Shown: piece by piece, positions 1-7,603 of the stretch
How the letters are laid out: each line of letters opens with the position of its first letter
Numbering within the stretch: position 1 is the stretch's first letter
Source of the DNA: a virus
IMG/VR virus record: IMGVR_UViG_3300026522_000008
Length of the DNA stretch: 46,471 nt
Direction: 5' to 3' (one strand)
Position numbers and translations under genes: made by a program
Notes under the pieces: model-generated
The model's input: only the letters and a program-made list of their open reading frames with translations
The model's database searches: none
Told to the model about the DNA's origin: nothing

Positions 1-127
1 TAGGAGAATTCGTCTCCGTCATCTTCGTAGTTGGTGTGGAATTCATGGATGGCATCCATAACTCTTCCGAGTGCTGTCAGGTAGTCTTTGTAAATTCCGC
101 AGCAGAAGATTCCATCGCCCTGGTCAT
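1..127. repeat. Terminal direct repeat copy 1 (circular-assembly overlap)
   Basis: Bases 1-127 are identical to 46345-46471 by direct reading. An ORF reads in frame through the join. Confidence 0.95.
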
Positions 128-365
128 TAATGACCACCCATCTGTCGTATTCAGTTGCGGGTTTCTTCAGGTCCTGAACTTTGTTTTTGAGCTCTTCTAT
201 AAGCCAGTCCTCCATTTTCTTTTTCTCTTCTTCAGAGGAGTACTGGTATTTTTTGTTTCTGAAAATTTGTACCAGCGTGGAGAGTTGCTGCAGGGCGGTG
301 TCGTCCCGGTTGTTCTCTCTGAAATAAATCATGTCTCGATTCATACAGGCGGTTCCTTCTTTCAT
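1..365 (-). CDS. Hypothetical early protein, N-terminal part of a junction-spanning gene (continues at 46344..46206, about 167 aa in total)
   Basis: ATG at 365 (minus) lies 3 nt after the stop of 368..745. MKEGTACMNRDMIYFRENN...GRVMDAIHEFH runs off base 1 and is in frame with the 46206..46403 ORF via the repeat (365+139 nt = 168 codons). It is missing from the ORF track only because it hits the window edge. Confidence 0.8.
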   Translation of the reverse strand, partial: MKEGTACMNRDMIYFRENNRDDTALQQLSTLVQIFRNKKYQYSSEEEKKKMEDWLIEELKNKVQDLKKPATEYDRWVVINDQGDGIFCCGIYKDYLTALGRVMDAIHEFHTNYEDDGDEFS

Positions 366-367
366 TC

Positions 368-745
368 CTATTGTTTCCTCTGGTTTCCTAAAACCTCCGC
401 TGGGTCTACCAGTCCGAATTCCACCAGTGCCATGTCCGCGGCTCTGATCTGGTGCTTGTAGAGGCTTCCTTTGATCGGGAAGTGTACCAGTGGCTTCGGG
501 TCCTTCTCCGTCCGGAGCTTGTCGACCGCTTCCTGCGTGTCCGCGAGTTTCTTTCGCAGCTGTTCCGCTGTTGGTGACAGCGTCGTGATCCTTGCGAGCT
601 TTTCTAAAAGCTCAAGGCTCACCGGGCCCTCCATCCATTTCTTTGCTCGGACGTATCGAAGCGTTCCCCAGGAACGCATCACTCCGTACTGGGTGTCGTC
701 GAACTCGATCAGGTAGATCCGACCGTCCTTGATAGCCATTCTCAT
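368..745 (-). CDS. Hypothetical protein whose C-terminus resembles the Q-motif segment of SNF2 helicases
   Basis: 125-aa ORF with ATGA overlap to the upstream gene. The C-terminal SLYKHQIRAADMAL resembles the L-x-x-(H/Y)-Q...A signature that normally lies about 20 aa before the GxGKT loop of phage SNF2 helicases. Confidence 0.7.
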   Translation of the reverse strand: MRMAIKDGRIYLIEFDDTQYGVMRSWGTLRYVRAKKWMEGPVSLELLEKLARITTLSPTAEQLRKKLADTQEAVDKLRTEKDPKPLVHFPIKGSLYKHQIRAADMALVEFGLVDPAEVLGNQRKQ

Positions 746-942
746 TCGCTCTGCCTCCGGTCTCTGGTCACCAGCTCCGTTCTCTGGATGATGTCCGTGC
801 GGATCGAGGCGACTCCGGCGGCGGCGATTGCCAGGAGGCCCGCTTCCGGTCCTCCGATCCGGAAAGCCAGAAAGACCAGGATGATTTCGACTCCAGCCTT
901 TGTCATCGCAGCGATGCGGATTCTTCTTTTCCTTGCATACAT
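742..942 (-). CDS. Small membrane protein (66 aa)
   Basis: ATG at 942 with AAAGGAG 8 nt upstream. Hydrophobic core VEIILVFLAFRIGGPEAGLLAIAAAGVA. Confidence 0.6.
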   Translation of the reverse strand: MYARKRRIRIAAMTKAGVEIILVFLAFRIGGPEAGLLAIAAAGVASIRTDIIQRTELVTRDRRQSE

Positions 943-1064
943 GTGGTTACTCCTTTCAGTTGTCGTTCTGCCTTCCTGCGTTCCAGCGCTTTCAGGCATG
1001 CTTCGGTGAAGCGCTTCTCGTACCCTGCCGAGAACTCAACTCTCACCTTGATTTGTTTCTTCAT
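903..1064 (-). CDS. Small basic hypothetical protein (53 aa)
   Basis: ATG at 1064 in ATGA overlap with the stop of 1061..1252. It overlaps the next gene by 40 nt, so it is less certain. Confidence 0.45.
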   Translation of the reverse strand: MKKQIKVRVEFSAGYEKRFTEACLKALERRKAERQLKGVTTCMQGKEESASLR

Positions 1065-1252
1065 TCGTCTTCTTCCTCGAAGTAGTAGGCTTTGCGGATC
1101 CGGTCGTAGATCGCGATCCAGGCTCCGCATGCCAGAATTCCGATCATGCAGATCTTTGTTCCGGCAGGGTCCGGGCTGTCGATTCCGCTTGCGAAAAGCA
1201 GAACCATGCAGATCGCGATTCCTGTGATTCCATCCAGGATCTTGTGCAGCAT
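1061..1252 (-). CDS. Small two-TM membrane protein (63 aa)
   Basis: ATG at 1252 with GGAGG upstream. Two hydrophobic segments (ITGIAICMVLLFASGI and ICMIGILACGAWIAIY). Confidence 0.65.
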   Translation of the reverse strand: MLHKILDGITGIAICMVLLFASGIDSPDPAGTKICMIGILACGAWIAIYDRIRKAYYFEEEDE

Positions 1253-1273
1253 ACAGGTGTCACCTCCTTTTCT

Positions 1274-1459
1274 TTAGGCTTTTTTCAGCTGCTTCCGGCT
1301 GGGCTGCTTCTGAAAGTTTTCCATGGCGACTGCTCCGTCGAGGTAAGCATTCATCCAAAGAAGAACGCTCTGTCTTTTTTCCGGCGGGAGCTTGTGGAGC
1401 TCTTTCATCATTCGGTCCGCTTCTGCGATCTGCTCTGTCGTGTACTTTTTCTCGCTCAT
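1274..1459 (-). CDS. First gene of the leftward early operon, hypothetical 61 aa
   Basis: ATG at 1459 with AAAGGAG upstream, directly downstream of the leftward promoter. No HTH recognised. Confidence 0.7.
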   Translation of the reverse strand: MSEKKYTTEQIAEADRMMKELHKLPPEKRQSVLLWMNAYLDGAVAMENFQKQPSRKQLKKA

Positions 1460-1506
1460 GTGTATTCTCCTTTCCGGGCTTGTCTCTTTTTGTTGCCTCT
1501 GCGATT

Positions 1507-1535
1507 ATTCTACTCTCTCAACGCGATAATGTCAA
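1507..1535 (-). promoter_or_regulatory. Leftward early promoter (TTGACA-17-TAGAAT)
   Basis: The minus strand reads TTGACA (1535..1530), a 17-nt spacer, then TAGAAT (1512..1507), about 45 nt upstream of the 1459 start. Confidence 0.7.
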
Positions 1536-1567
1536 TAAAATAATGCGAAGTGCGATATTTTATTGAC
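1531..1567. promoter_or_regulatory. Perfect 12-bp inverted repeat (operator candidate) spanning both -35 boxes
   Basis: gtcaataaaata (1531-1542) and tattttattgac (1556-1567) are exact reverse complements separated by 13 nt. Each arm contains the TTGAC of one divergent promoter. Confidence 0.7.
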
Positions 1568-1591
1568 GTTGCGCGCACTTTGTTGTAAAAT
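1563..1591 (+). promoter_or_regulatory. Rightward lysogeny promoter (TTGACG-17-TAAAAT)
   Basis: TTGACG at 1563-1568, a 17-nt spacer, TAAAAT at 1586-1591, then AAAGGAGG and ATG at 1614. Confidence 0.7.
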
Positions 1592-1613
1592 GAGGCTTGA
1601 AAGGAGGTCAATT

Positions 1614-2147
1614 ATGGAAGTAACCGATATCGGTAAAAGAATTAAAATGCTCCGGGCTTTTCTTGGATTGAATCAGACCGATTTTGCCGAGAAAATTGGA
1701 AGCGCCCAGAATACGATCACTGGATATGAATCTGGTCGTCGGAACCCTTCAGGCCAGGTTATCGCTTTGATCTGCAGAACGTTCGGGGTGAATAAGGAAT
1801 GGTTGGAAAACGGAACCGGTGAAATGATGCAGCCGAAGCCGGCGGATGAGCTGGACGCTTTGGCTAAGCGCTATGATATGAACAATCTCGAATACGTTGT
1901 TCTTGAAAAGTATCTAAACTCTCCAGCGGGATTTCGCCAGCAGTTCTGTCGTCTTGCGATGGACGTCATGGCTGCGACCGCCGACATCGATCCGACCGCT
2001 TTGCCTGATGGAACTCCGGCTGACGATGATTCTTCTGAAGATCTGCACCGTCTTCTGGATCAAGAGCTCGACGCTCAGAAAAAAGTGGCGGGCGAGTACA
2101 CATCTTCGAATTCTTCCGACGGGTCAGAAACCCGCGGCGCTGGGTGA
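1614..2147 (+). CDS. XRE-family HTH transcriptional repressor (CI-like), 177 aa
   Basis: ATG at 1614 lies 6 nt after AAAGGAGG. GKRIKMLRAFLGLNQTDFAEKIGSAQNTITGYESGRRNPS is a classic HTH_3 signature. No S24 peptidase domain is visible. Confidence 0.85.
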   Translation: MEVTDIGKRIKMLRAFLGLNQTDFAEKIGSAQNTITGYESGRRNPSGQVIALICRTFGVNKEWLENGTGEMMQPKPADELDALAKRYDMNNLEYVVLEKYLNSPAGFRQQFCRLAMDVMAATADIDPTALPDGTPADDDSSEDLHRLLDQELDAQKKVAGEYTSSNSSDGSETRGAG

Positions 2148-2184
2148 TTCTCATCCAGCGAAGTCTTTTTGGCAAATAAAAAGA

Positions 2185-2210
2185 GCCGCCAGCGCTGGAA
2201 CGCTGACGGC
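2185..2210 (+). terminator. Hairpin between repressor and integrase (terminator or attenuator; part of a larger imperfect palindrome)
   Basis: gccgccagcg / cgctgacggc pair at 9 of 10 positions with loop ctggaa. The hairpin is flanked by aaataaaaag upstream and ctttatttct downstream. Confidence 0.45.
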
Positions 2211-2294
2211 CGCTGCCTTTATTTCTAAAGGGCTTCCACCTGTATGCATCTTCTATTTTAACGCGGAATGCCCTTTTTTACAAGGAGGGTATTT

Positions 2295-3869
2295 ATGCGC
2301 TTTTTTTGTTATGGCAGGAAATCTGTTTATTCCGATCACTCGGATTCTGTCGATAATCAGGAGGGAATGTGCCGGGATTATGTTTCCTCCCGCTTTCCTG
2401 GTGAGGTCGACTCTTTTATCTGCTTCCAGGACGAGGATTTCTCTGGCGCGAACACGGACCGTCCGGGCCTTAAAGAAATGATGCGGCGGGTTCGGGCGCG
2501 GGAGTGCGACGCCCTGGTTGTCTACCAGCTGGATCGGCTTTCTCGGAACGTCCGGGATTTTTCCAATCTGTACGCGGAGCTTGATTCGCTCTCGGTGAAA
2601 TTTATCTCATTGAAGGAAAACATCGACACCGCCACCCCGATCGGACGCGCGATGATGTACGTGACCGTGATTTTTGCTCAGATGGAGCGGGAGACGACGG
2701 CGGTTCGGGTCCTGGATAATATGCGCGGCCTGTCTAAAAAAGGATACTGGACCGGCGGGAATCCTCCAACCGGGTACGTCCGCCAGCGCGTCGTGGAAGA
2801 CGGGCGGAAGCACGTGATCATCGTTCCGGATCCGGACGGCGTCGCCTATGTCCGGAAGGTCTTCTCCGATTTCTTGTCGATGAACTGCTCCCTCCAGCAC
2901 ATGGAGACCGCTTATCGTGATGCCGGCGTTCGCACGATCACCGGGAAGTTCTTCTCGTCGACACAGCTTTATAAAATCCTCACGATGCCTTTTTGTGTCG
3001 AAGCGACGCCGGAGGTCTATGATTTTTATGCCGCGAAAGGCTGCCAGATGGATCCTGGCTCCCCGCGCTCTGCGTGGGACGGTTCCGTCGGTGTCATGAT
3101 CTACGGCCGGTCGACCGAACGGAACAAAAAGCACGAGCTCCAGCCTCCGTCAGAATGGATCGTCTCTCTCGGGCGGCAGGAGCCATTTATTCCAGCCTCG
3201 GAATGGCTGGAGGTTCAGTCTCGGTTTACCCATAATAAGTGCATCAAAGACTCGCGCTGGCCGGTTCCTCTTCTGAAGGGCGTGCTCCGCTGCGGGAAAT
3301 GCGGAACGCTCATGCAGGTCGCCAGGAAGGCCCGGGTTGATGGCTCCTGCAGTTCGTGGTATTACTGCCGGAAGCGGATGAGGGAGGGCGCGGATGTCTG
3401 TGACATGCGGCACATCAAATGCGAGATCCTGGACGACCGGGTTCTGGAGGTTTTCCGCGGCATCGCTGCGGATCCGGATCTGATTCAGAAATACGTTGAA
3501 AGATCCGAGCCTGCTGCCGGGCCGGATCTTGCTGCCATCAACCAGAAGATCGCGGCGCAGGAGCGGAAAATTGAAAAGCTCGCAGCCTCCCTCGCTCTGG
3601 CGGACGGATCCTCTGCGGCTCGGTACATCATCTCCGAGATGGAATCCCTGGACGCTGGTCTTTCCTCCCTTCGCCAGGAAGCCACGGCTGCCGAGGCTGC
3701 GGTCCGTGAAAAACGCGCGGCGGCTGCCTCCGCAAAGGAAAAAGCCGAAGAAATCCGGAGGCTTATTTCCGGTCTGGATGGTTTTACTCCCAAGGAGCGG
3801 AACGAGATCGTCCGCTCCGTCGTGAAATCCTGCGCCTGGGACGGGGAGACGCTTTTTCTTTCGCTCTAA
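2295..3869 (+). CDS. Large serine recombinase (phage integrase), 524 aa
   Basis: ATG at 2295 after AAGGAGGG. The N-terminal resolvase domain reads YGRKSVYSD...VVYQLDRLSRN...ENIDTATPIGRAMM. It is followed by a recombinase domain, a Cys-rich zinc ribbon (CGKCGTLM...YYC) and an Ala-rich coiled coil. Confidence 0.92.
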   Translation: MRFFCYGRKSVYSDHSDSVDNQEGMCRDYVSSRFPGEVDSFICFQDEDFSGANTDRPGLKEMMRRVRARECDALVVYQLDRLSRNVRDFSNLYAELDSLSVKFISLKENIDTATPIGRAMMYVTVIFAQMERETTAVRVLDNMRGLSKKGYWTGGNPPTGYVRQRVVEDGRKHVIIVPDPDGVAYVRKVFSDFLSMNCSLQHMETAYRDAGVRTITGKFFSSTQLYKILTMPFCVEATPEVYDFYAAKGCQMDPGSPRSAWDGSVGVMIYGRSTERNKKHELQPPSEWIVSLGRQEPFIPASEWLEVQSRFTHNKCIKDSRWPVPLLKGVLRCGKCGTLMQVARKARVDGSCSSWYYCRKRMREGADVCDMRHIKCEILDDRVLEVFRGIAADPDLIQKYVERSEPAAGPDLAAINQKIAAQERKIEKLAASLALADGSSAARYIISEMESLDAGLSSLRQEATAAEAAVREKRAAAASAKEKAEEIRRLISGLDGFTPKERNEIVRSVVKSCAWDGETLFLSL

Positions 3870-3882
3870 ACCTCACTTTTTT

Positions 3883-3909
3883 ATTATGCGTTCGCTCCGG
3901 CCGCATAAT
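3883..3909 (+). terminator. Hairpin after integrase stop
   Basis: attatgcg (3883-3890) and cgcataat (3902-3909) form an 8-bp stem with an 11-nt loop. The flanks are A/T-rich, with no clean T-run. Confidence 0.35.
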
Positions 3910-3976
3910 GAAATAGTGAACAAATAATGCGCCGTTTTATGGTTATAAAATTGTTAAACTTATAGTTATAAAAAAC

Positions 3977-4005
3977 TTGTACTTTGTGGCTGGCAGAGCT
4001 AATAT
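3977..4005 (+). promoter_or_regulatory. Candidate promoter of accessory operon (TTGTAC-17-TAATAT)
   Basis: TTGTAC at 3977-3982, a 17-nt spacer, TAATAT at 4000-4005, about 50 nt upstream of ATG 4056. Confidence 0.45.
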
Positions 4006-4055
4006 ACAGACAGTTAAAGGAACGGCGGAAAGCCTGAATCAAGGAGGACAAAATC

Positions 4056-4490
4056 ATGATGAACATTTTCGAAGAAACCTATAATCGCGTTCAGGAAGCG
4101 AAGAAAGCCTACAAGGAAGCCGCAACTGCCGAGGGCAGGGATGCCGCAAGAGAAGCCGCGAAGGCGGCCGAGGACAAGATCGACGAGATGGGCGACATCG
4201 CCTGGAAGATCTGGAGGGCCTACGAGAAATCGAGAGACAACGAGAACGAAATTCTCGACTTCGATGACATCATCTGGGATCGGGATGTGGAAGCCCTCGC
4301 CGCCTGCATGAGGGAGAACGGCATCAAGGCCTTCACCTATTCCTGCCGGGCAACGGACGCGATCGAGACGCTTTGGCTTTTCAAAGAGGCAGGCTGCAAG
4401 GTCGGCGAGATGGTCGAGGTCAACCTCCGGAAGGACTTTTTCGGAAAAGGCTACGAAAAGGGGCACGCCTTCAAGATGATCCTGAACTGA
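4056..4490 (+). CDS. Hypothetical protein (144 aa), lysogeny-module accessory gene
   Basis: AAGGAGG lies 8 nt before the ATG. The N-terminus is helical and Ala/Lys/Glu-rich. No family recognised. Confidence 0.75.
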   Translation: MMNIFEETYNRVQEAKKAYKEAATAEGRDAAREAAKAAEDKIDEMGDIAWKIWRAYEKSRDNENEILDFDDIIWDRDVEALAACMRENGIKAFTYSCRATDAIETLWLFKEAGCKVGEMVEVNLRKDFFGKGYEKGHAFKMILN

Positions 4491-4517
4491 ACTTAGCGGG
4501 TAGCGGAAGGAGCGGAA

Positions 4518-4883
4518 ATGAAAAAAGCGAGAAATGTAAAGATTGGCGATGTGGTCCAGTTCCCCGCGTACCAATACGGGCATCGAGATTATGAATGGCT
4601 TTACAGGGCGGGAATCATTGAAGGCTTCGGAATCAGCAAAAAGACCGGCGAAAAGGTCGCAAAAGTACGCTATTGCTGGCGTTTGGCCGGCAGATATCAA
4701 TTGCTGCCGAATGAAGAGCGCACAAAATGGATCAAGCTCAAATTCCTATATGAATTTGATGTTAAGCGCGCGCAAACGCTTTATAAAGAATTTCGGGAAT
4801 ACGAAAAGAACGGGGAGCCAGTTTGCTGGGACGAAGATACGGCGCTCTTGCTCCATCATGGGATAATTATGGAGGAGAAATGA
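4518..4883 (+). CDS. Hypothetical protein (121 aa), lysogeny-module accessory gene
   Basis: GGAAGGAG precedes the ATG at 4518. No family recognised. Confidence 0.75.
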   Translation: MKKARNVKIGDVVQFPAYQYGHRDYEWLYRAGIIEGFGISKKTGEKVAKVRYCWRLAGRYQLLPNEERTKWIKLKFLYEFDVKRAQTLYKEFREYEKNGEPVCWDEDTALLLHHGIIMEEK

Positions 4884-5188
4884 AAACAAAAACTGAAATG
4901 CTAAAATTCGACCACGATCTCCTGGAAGCAAAAATAAAGGCTGCAGGTGAGACGCACGCCTCGCTCGCGCGGTATCTCGGAATGTCAAAGACGAATATGT
5001 CCGCGATCTGGGCTGACCGGACGGGCTGGCAAATGAAACACGTCGCTCCGCTCGCAGCCTTCCTGAAGCTCTCGGCAGAGGATGTGTGGAATATTTTTTT
5101 TATCCAAGACTTCGCGTTCTGGAGCTCCGTTCAGTTCTCTCCGGCGGACCAGAAAGAAAAACAAAAAAAGAGGGCCCTGGAGGATTGA
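4880..5188 (+). CDS. Small HTH-like protein (102 aa)
   Basis: ATG at 4880 in ATGA overlap with the previous stop. THASLARYLGMSKTNMSAIW looks like a helix-turn-helix. Confidence 0.65.
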   Translation: MKTKTEMLKFDHDLLEAKIKAAGETHASLARYLGMSKTNMSAIWADRTGWQMKHVAPLAAFLKLSAEDVWNIFFIQDFAFWSSVQFSPADQKEKQKKRALED

Positions 5189-5200
5189 TTCCTCCAGGGC
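5157..5200 (-). terminator. Intrinsic terminator for the long minus-strand (late/lysis) transcript
   Basis: Perfect 10-bp stem gccctggagg / cctccagggc (5174-5183 and 5191-5200). On the minus strand it is followed by CTTTTTTTGTTTTTC. Confidence 0.7.
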
Positions 5201-5211
5201 GATCTCTTTCG

Positions 5212-5241
5212 ACCGGACATATACGTGTCCGGTTCTTTTTA
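5212..5241 (+). terminator. Intrinsic terminator for the plus-strand accessory operon
   Basis: accggaca / tgtccggt form an 8-bp stem with loop tatacg, followed by tcttttta. Confidence 0.75.
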
Positions 5242-6759
5242 TGCCTTGTGGCCGTAGCGGGTGTCGAGGCTGATCCATCCGGCCCCGGATTTCAGTTTAC
5301 CCCAGCCGCCGGACTGCTCCGTGATGGTGAATGTTCCCCTCCCGGTGTATTTTCCGGTCAGAGCTCCGCCGGGCGCCTTCCGAATCCGGAGATCGGGGAC
5401 GGTCACGGTCCACTTGAATTCTCCGGACGGCTTTGCCGCTGCCGCGGTTCCTCCGTTGACCTTGTGTCCGTATTCCGTCGAGAGGTTGATCCATCCGGCT
5501 CCGCTCTTAAGCCTTCCCCAGTTTCCGCTCTGCTGGACGATCGTGAAGGTTCCTTTTCCGGTCTGTCCCACGATGCCATAGTTTGTTCCGGGGCCTTTTC
5601 TGATATTTAGGTCAGAAATGGTCACCTGCCACTGAAAGTTCGCGGCGGTTCCGGCCGCTGCGCTTGCGCCGTTCCCGGTCGTGGCTGCAGTCATGGTCCC
5701 GCCGCTGCCGAGGCGCTTTTTAAACGCAAACCACGCGGATTCGTCTCCGCTGTCTGCGTTCCATCCTCTGATTCCAGGACAGGGCTTTCCGTTGACATCG
5801 TAGTGGCGGATTACTCTGTCTGCCGGGATTCCGTATTTCTGCATCAGGTACTTCGCCAGGGCGACCGCGTTGTTTACGGCTGCGTTGGTGAAGTAAAAAT
5901 TGCCATCGTTCGGGCTGGTAACTCTTCCGGTTCGGTTTGTGCTGCAGATCTCGATGGAGATGCAGTTCTTGTTGTTTGCGACTCCGTAAAGTCTGCCGCC
6001 TTTGTTGTTGTACTTTCCTCCGCCGACAGCCCAGCATGCGTGGGTCTTCGGGTCTGGGTTGTACTGGACCATTTCCGAATCATCGACGATGAAGTCCGCG
6101 GTTCCGCCTGCCTTCGGGTTTGCGAACCAGGAAGCGGTGTTTCTCGCGGATCCGGGCTTGCTGGTTACTCCGGCGGTGTAATGAATCACGAGGTACTTGA
6201 TTTCTCTCGCTCCGACGTACATTCCATGCGTTCCGGTTTTCATAATGATGTTCATGGCTTTTTCTCCTTCTTTGTCGTATTCCGTCAGGTTCCACTTCTC
6301 GATCACGGCGAGCAGGTTCTGGACGTAGGTCGGGCTCGTTGCGTAGCCTCCGGCCTTGATAATTTTCACGGCTCGCTCCGGGTTCTTTTCTCCAGCGAGA
6401 CCTGCATATCTCAGGCCGGTTCCTTTTTTCGCTCCGGTCAGGTAGTCCGAGTGGTCCTTGATGCTCTCCGCATCGGTCCTATATTTACGAAAAGCGGCCG
6501 ATATCGTAATGTATCGACCGTTTTCCCATTCCTTCGTATTCTTCGTGTAGGTGTCTCCGGTCCAGGAGGATTCCCAGTTGTTTCCGGAAAGGTTCGCCTT
6601 CATTCCGAATAAATTATGAGCGTTTTTCGCAAGCTCCGAGCTTCCGTATCCGGATTCCAGGATTGCCTGCGCCGCCGTGATCGAGGCAAGCACTCCGCTC
6701 CGTTTCATGTCTTCCCTTGCGAGCGGTCCGATATACTCCACGAATTGCTTTTCTGTCAA
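5239..6759 (-). CDS. Bifunctional endolysin: glucosaminidase + N-acetylmuramoyl-L-alanine amidase + 2 SH3 wall-binding repeats
   Basis: ITAAQAILESGYGSSELAKNAHNLFGMKA is the glucosaminidase signature. IKYLVIHYTAG...ISIEICS is Amidase_2-like. Two about 60-aa repeats (W.VT..DL.IRK.PG...G.FTI..QSG.WG.LKSGAGWI.L) follow. The start is probably TTG at 6759, 9 nt after AAGGAG. Confidence 0.9.
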   Translation of the reverse strand: MTEKQFVEYIGPLAREDMKRSGVLASITAAQAILESGYGSSELAKNAHNLFGMKANLSGNNWESSWTGDTYTKNTKEWENGRYITISAAFRKYRTDAESIKDHSDYLTGAKKGTGLRYAGLAGEKNPERAVKIIKAGGYATSPTYVQNLLAVIEKWNLTEYDKEGEKAMNIIMKTGTHGMYVGAREIKYLVIHYTAGVTSKPGSARNTASWFANPKAGGTADFIVDDSEMVQYNPDPKTHACWAVGGGKYNNKGGRLYGVANNKNCISIEICSTNRTGRVTSPNDGNFYFTNAAVNNAVALAKYLMQKYGIPADRVIRHYDVNGKPCPGIRGWNADSGDESAWFAFKKRLGSGGTMTAATTGNGASAAAGTAANFQWQVTISDLNIRKGPGTNYGIVGQTGKGTFTIVQQSGNWGRLKSGAGWINLSTEYGHKVNGGTAAAAKPSGEFKWTVTVPDLRIRKAPGGALTGKYTGRGTFTITEQSGGWGKLKSGAGWISLDTRYGHKA

Positions 6760-6765
6760 ATTCGA

Positions 6766-7059
6766 TCACTCCTTTTTGATCTGGGAGATTGTCTGCACTA
6801 CTTTGTCGTATCCCGTCATCGCGCAGATCCACGACAGCGCGATCAGGCAGATCGCGTAGACGATCGTGTCCTGGTTCGCTGGTGTCTTCGTGAGCGTGCA
6901 ATAGCCGACGCTCACAAAAATTCCGACGATGATGGCGACGATCCCGGCGAGGATGTTTTTGCTGTACTCAGTCTTTACCGGGATCACTTTCTTCACCGCC
7001 TCTGTCGCCAGAGTCGTCAGCGCTGAAGTCAGCGCTAGAAGCGCTAATACTGTTTCCAT
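6766..7059 (-). CDS. Holin-like membrane protein (97 aa)
   Basis: ATG at 7059 lies 8 nt after AAAGGAGA. Three hydrophobic segments, immediately upstream of the endolysin. Confidence 0.75.
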   Translation of the reverse strand: METVLALLALTSALTTLATEAVKKVIPVKTEYSKNILAGIVAIIVGIFVSVGYCTLTKTPANQDTIVYAICLIALSWICAMTGYDKVVQTISQIKKE

Positions 7060-7255
7060 CTTTTGGGTCTCCTTTCAACTTGAAAATTTTAATCAGGGCG
7101 CACATCAAGACCTCGCCGCCGAATGCTCCGAAGAAGCAGGTGGTGAGCGTCGACAGCTCACTCCCGCCGGTCCGGATCGCGATCAGCTGCGAGATAATCG
7201 TGTAGGTGATGAGCGCCGCAAAAGAAAAAACTACAAATTTTGTCAGCGATTTCAT
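6968..7255 (-). CDS. Two-TM membrane protein with acidic tail (second holin or antiholin candidate)
   Basis: ATG at 7255. The segments FVVFSFAALITYTIISQLIAI and TTCFFGAFGGEVLMCALIKIF are hydrophobic. The 3-prime 92 nt overlap the next gene out of frame. Confidence 0.6.
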   Translation of the reverse strand: MKSLTKFVVFSFAALITYTIISQLIAIRTGGSELSTLTTCFFGAFGGEVLMCALIKIFKLKGDPKDGNSISASSADFSADDSGDRGGEESDPGKD

Positions 7256-7264
7256 CCTCCCACC

Positions 7265-7603
7265 TCATTTCTGGATCAGGTATTCCTGCATCCGGCTCTC
7301 CGCCTCCCGCAGCTGGTCGAGGTTGTTGCCGTCGATCGCGTGGCGCATCAATGCCAGGATGGACTGCTGTGTGATCCGGTTCCCCTTCTCGATCTCCTGC
7401 AGTCTTTTGTTGTCGTTGTCCAGGTGTTTTTCGATCACGGTTGTTCTCGCCTCCAGCGATGTGATTCTTTCGTCCTGCCGGACGTTCGGGGATTTCAGTT
7501 TTGATACCACTGTGGAAATGATGTTTCCGACCGTCCACGCGAGGTTGGTCAGGGTCATGATGATGATGGCCGTCTGCATGGCCTCCATAGCTTCTGGGTT
7601 CAT
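7265..7603 (-). CDS. N-terminally membrane-anchored coiled-coil protein (112 aa), function unknown
   Basis: ATG at 7603 in ATGA overlap with the previous stop. A TM segment TAIIIMTLTNLAWTVGNIISTVV is followed by heptad-like helices. Confidence 0.7.
   Translation of the reverse strand: MNPEAMEAMQTAIIIMTLTNLAWTVGNIISTVVSKLKSPNVRQDERITSLEARTTVIEKHLDNDNKRLQEIEKGNRITQQSILALMRHAIDGNNLDQLREAESRMQEYLIQK

Noticed and set aside
1-127. Biological direct terminal repeat of the virion DNA
   Set aside because: The length is exactly 127 nt, a common maximum assembler k-mer, and the repeat falls in the middle of an ORF. An assembly overlap of a circular or permuted molecule is the simpler reading. Read data are needed to be sure.
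36-461. 141-aa plus-strand ORF at the window start
   Set aside because: It lies antisense to the junction-spanning minus-strand gene and to 368..745, with no RBS. The minus-strand reading is continuous with the other end of the contig.
2171-2226. attP core for the serine integrase in the imperfect palindrome between the repressor and integrase genes
   Set aside because: It cannot be distinguished from a bidirectional terminator (A-run, hairpin, T-run) by sequence alone. Identifying attP needs the host attB or prophage junctions, so it is left unannotated.
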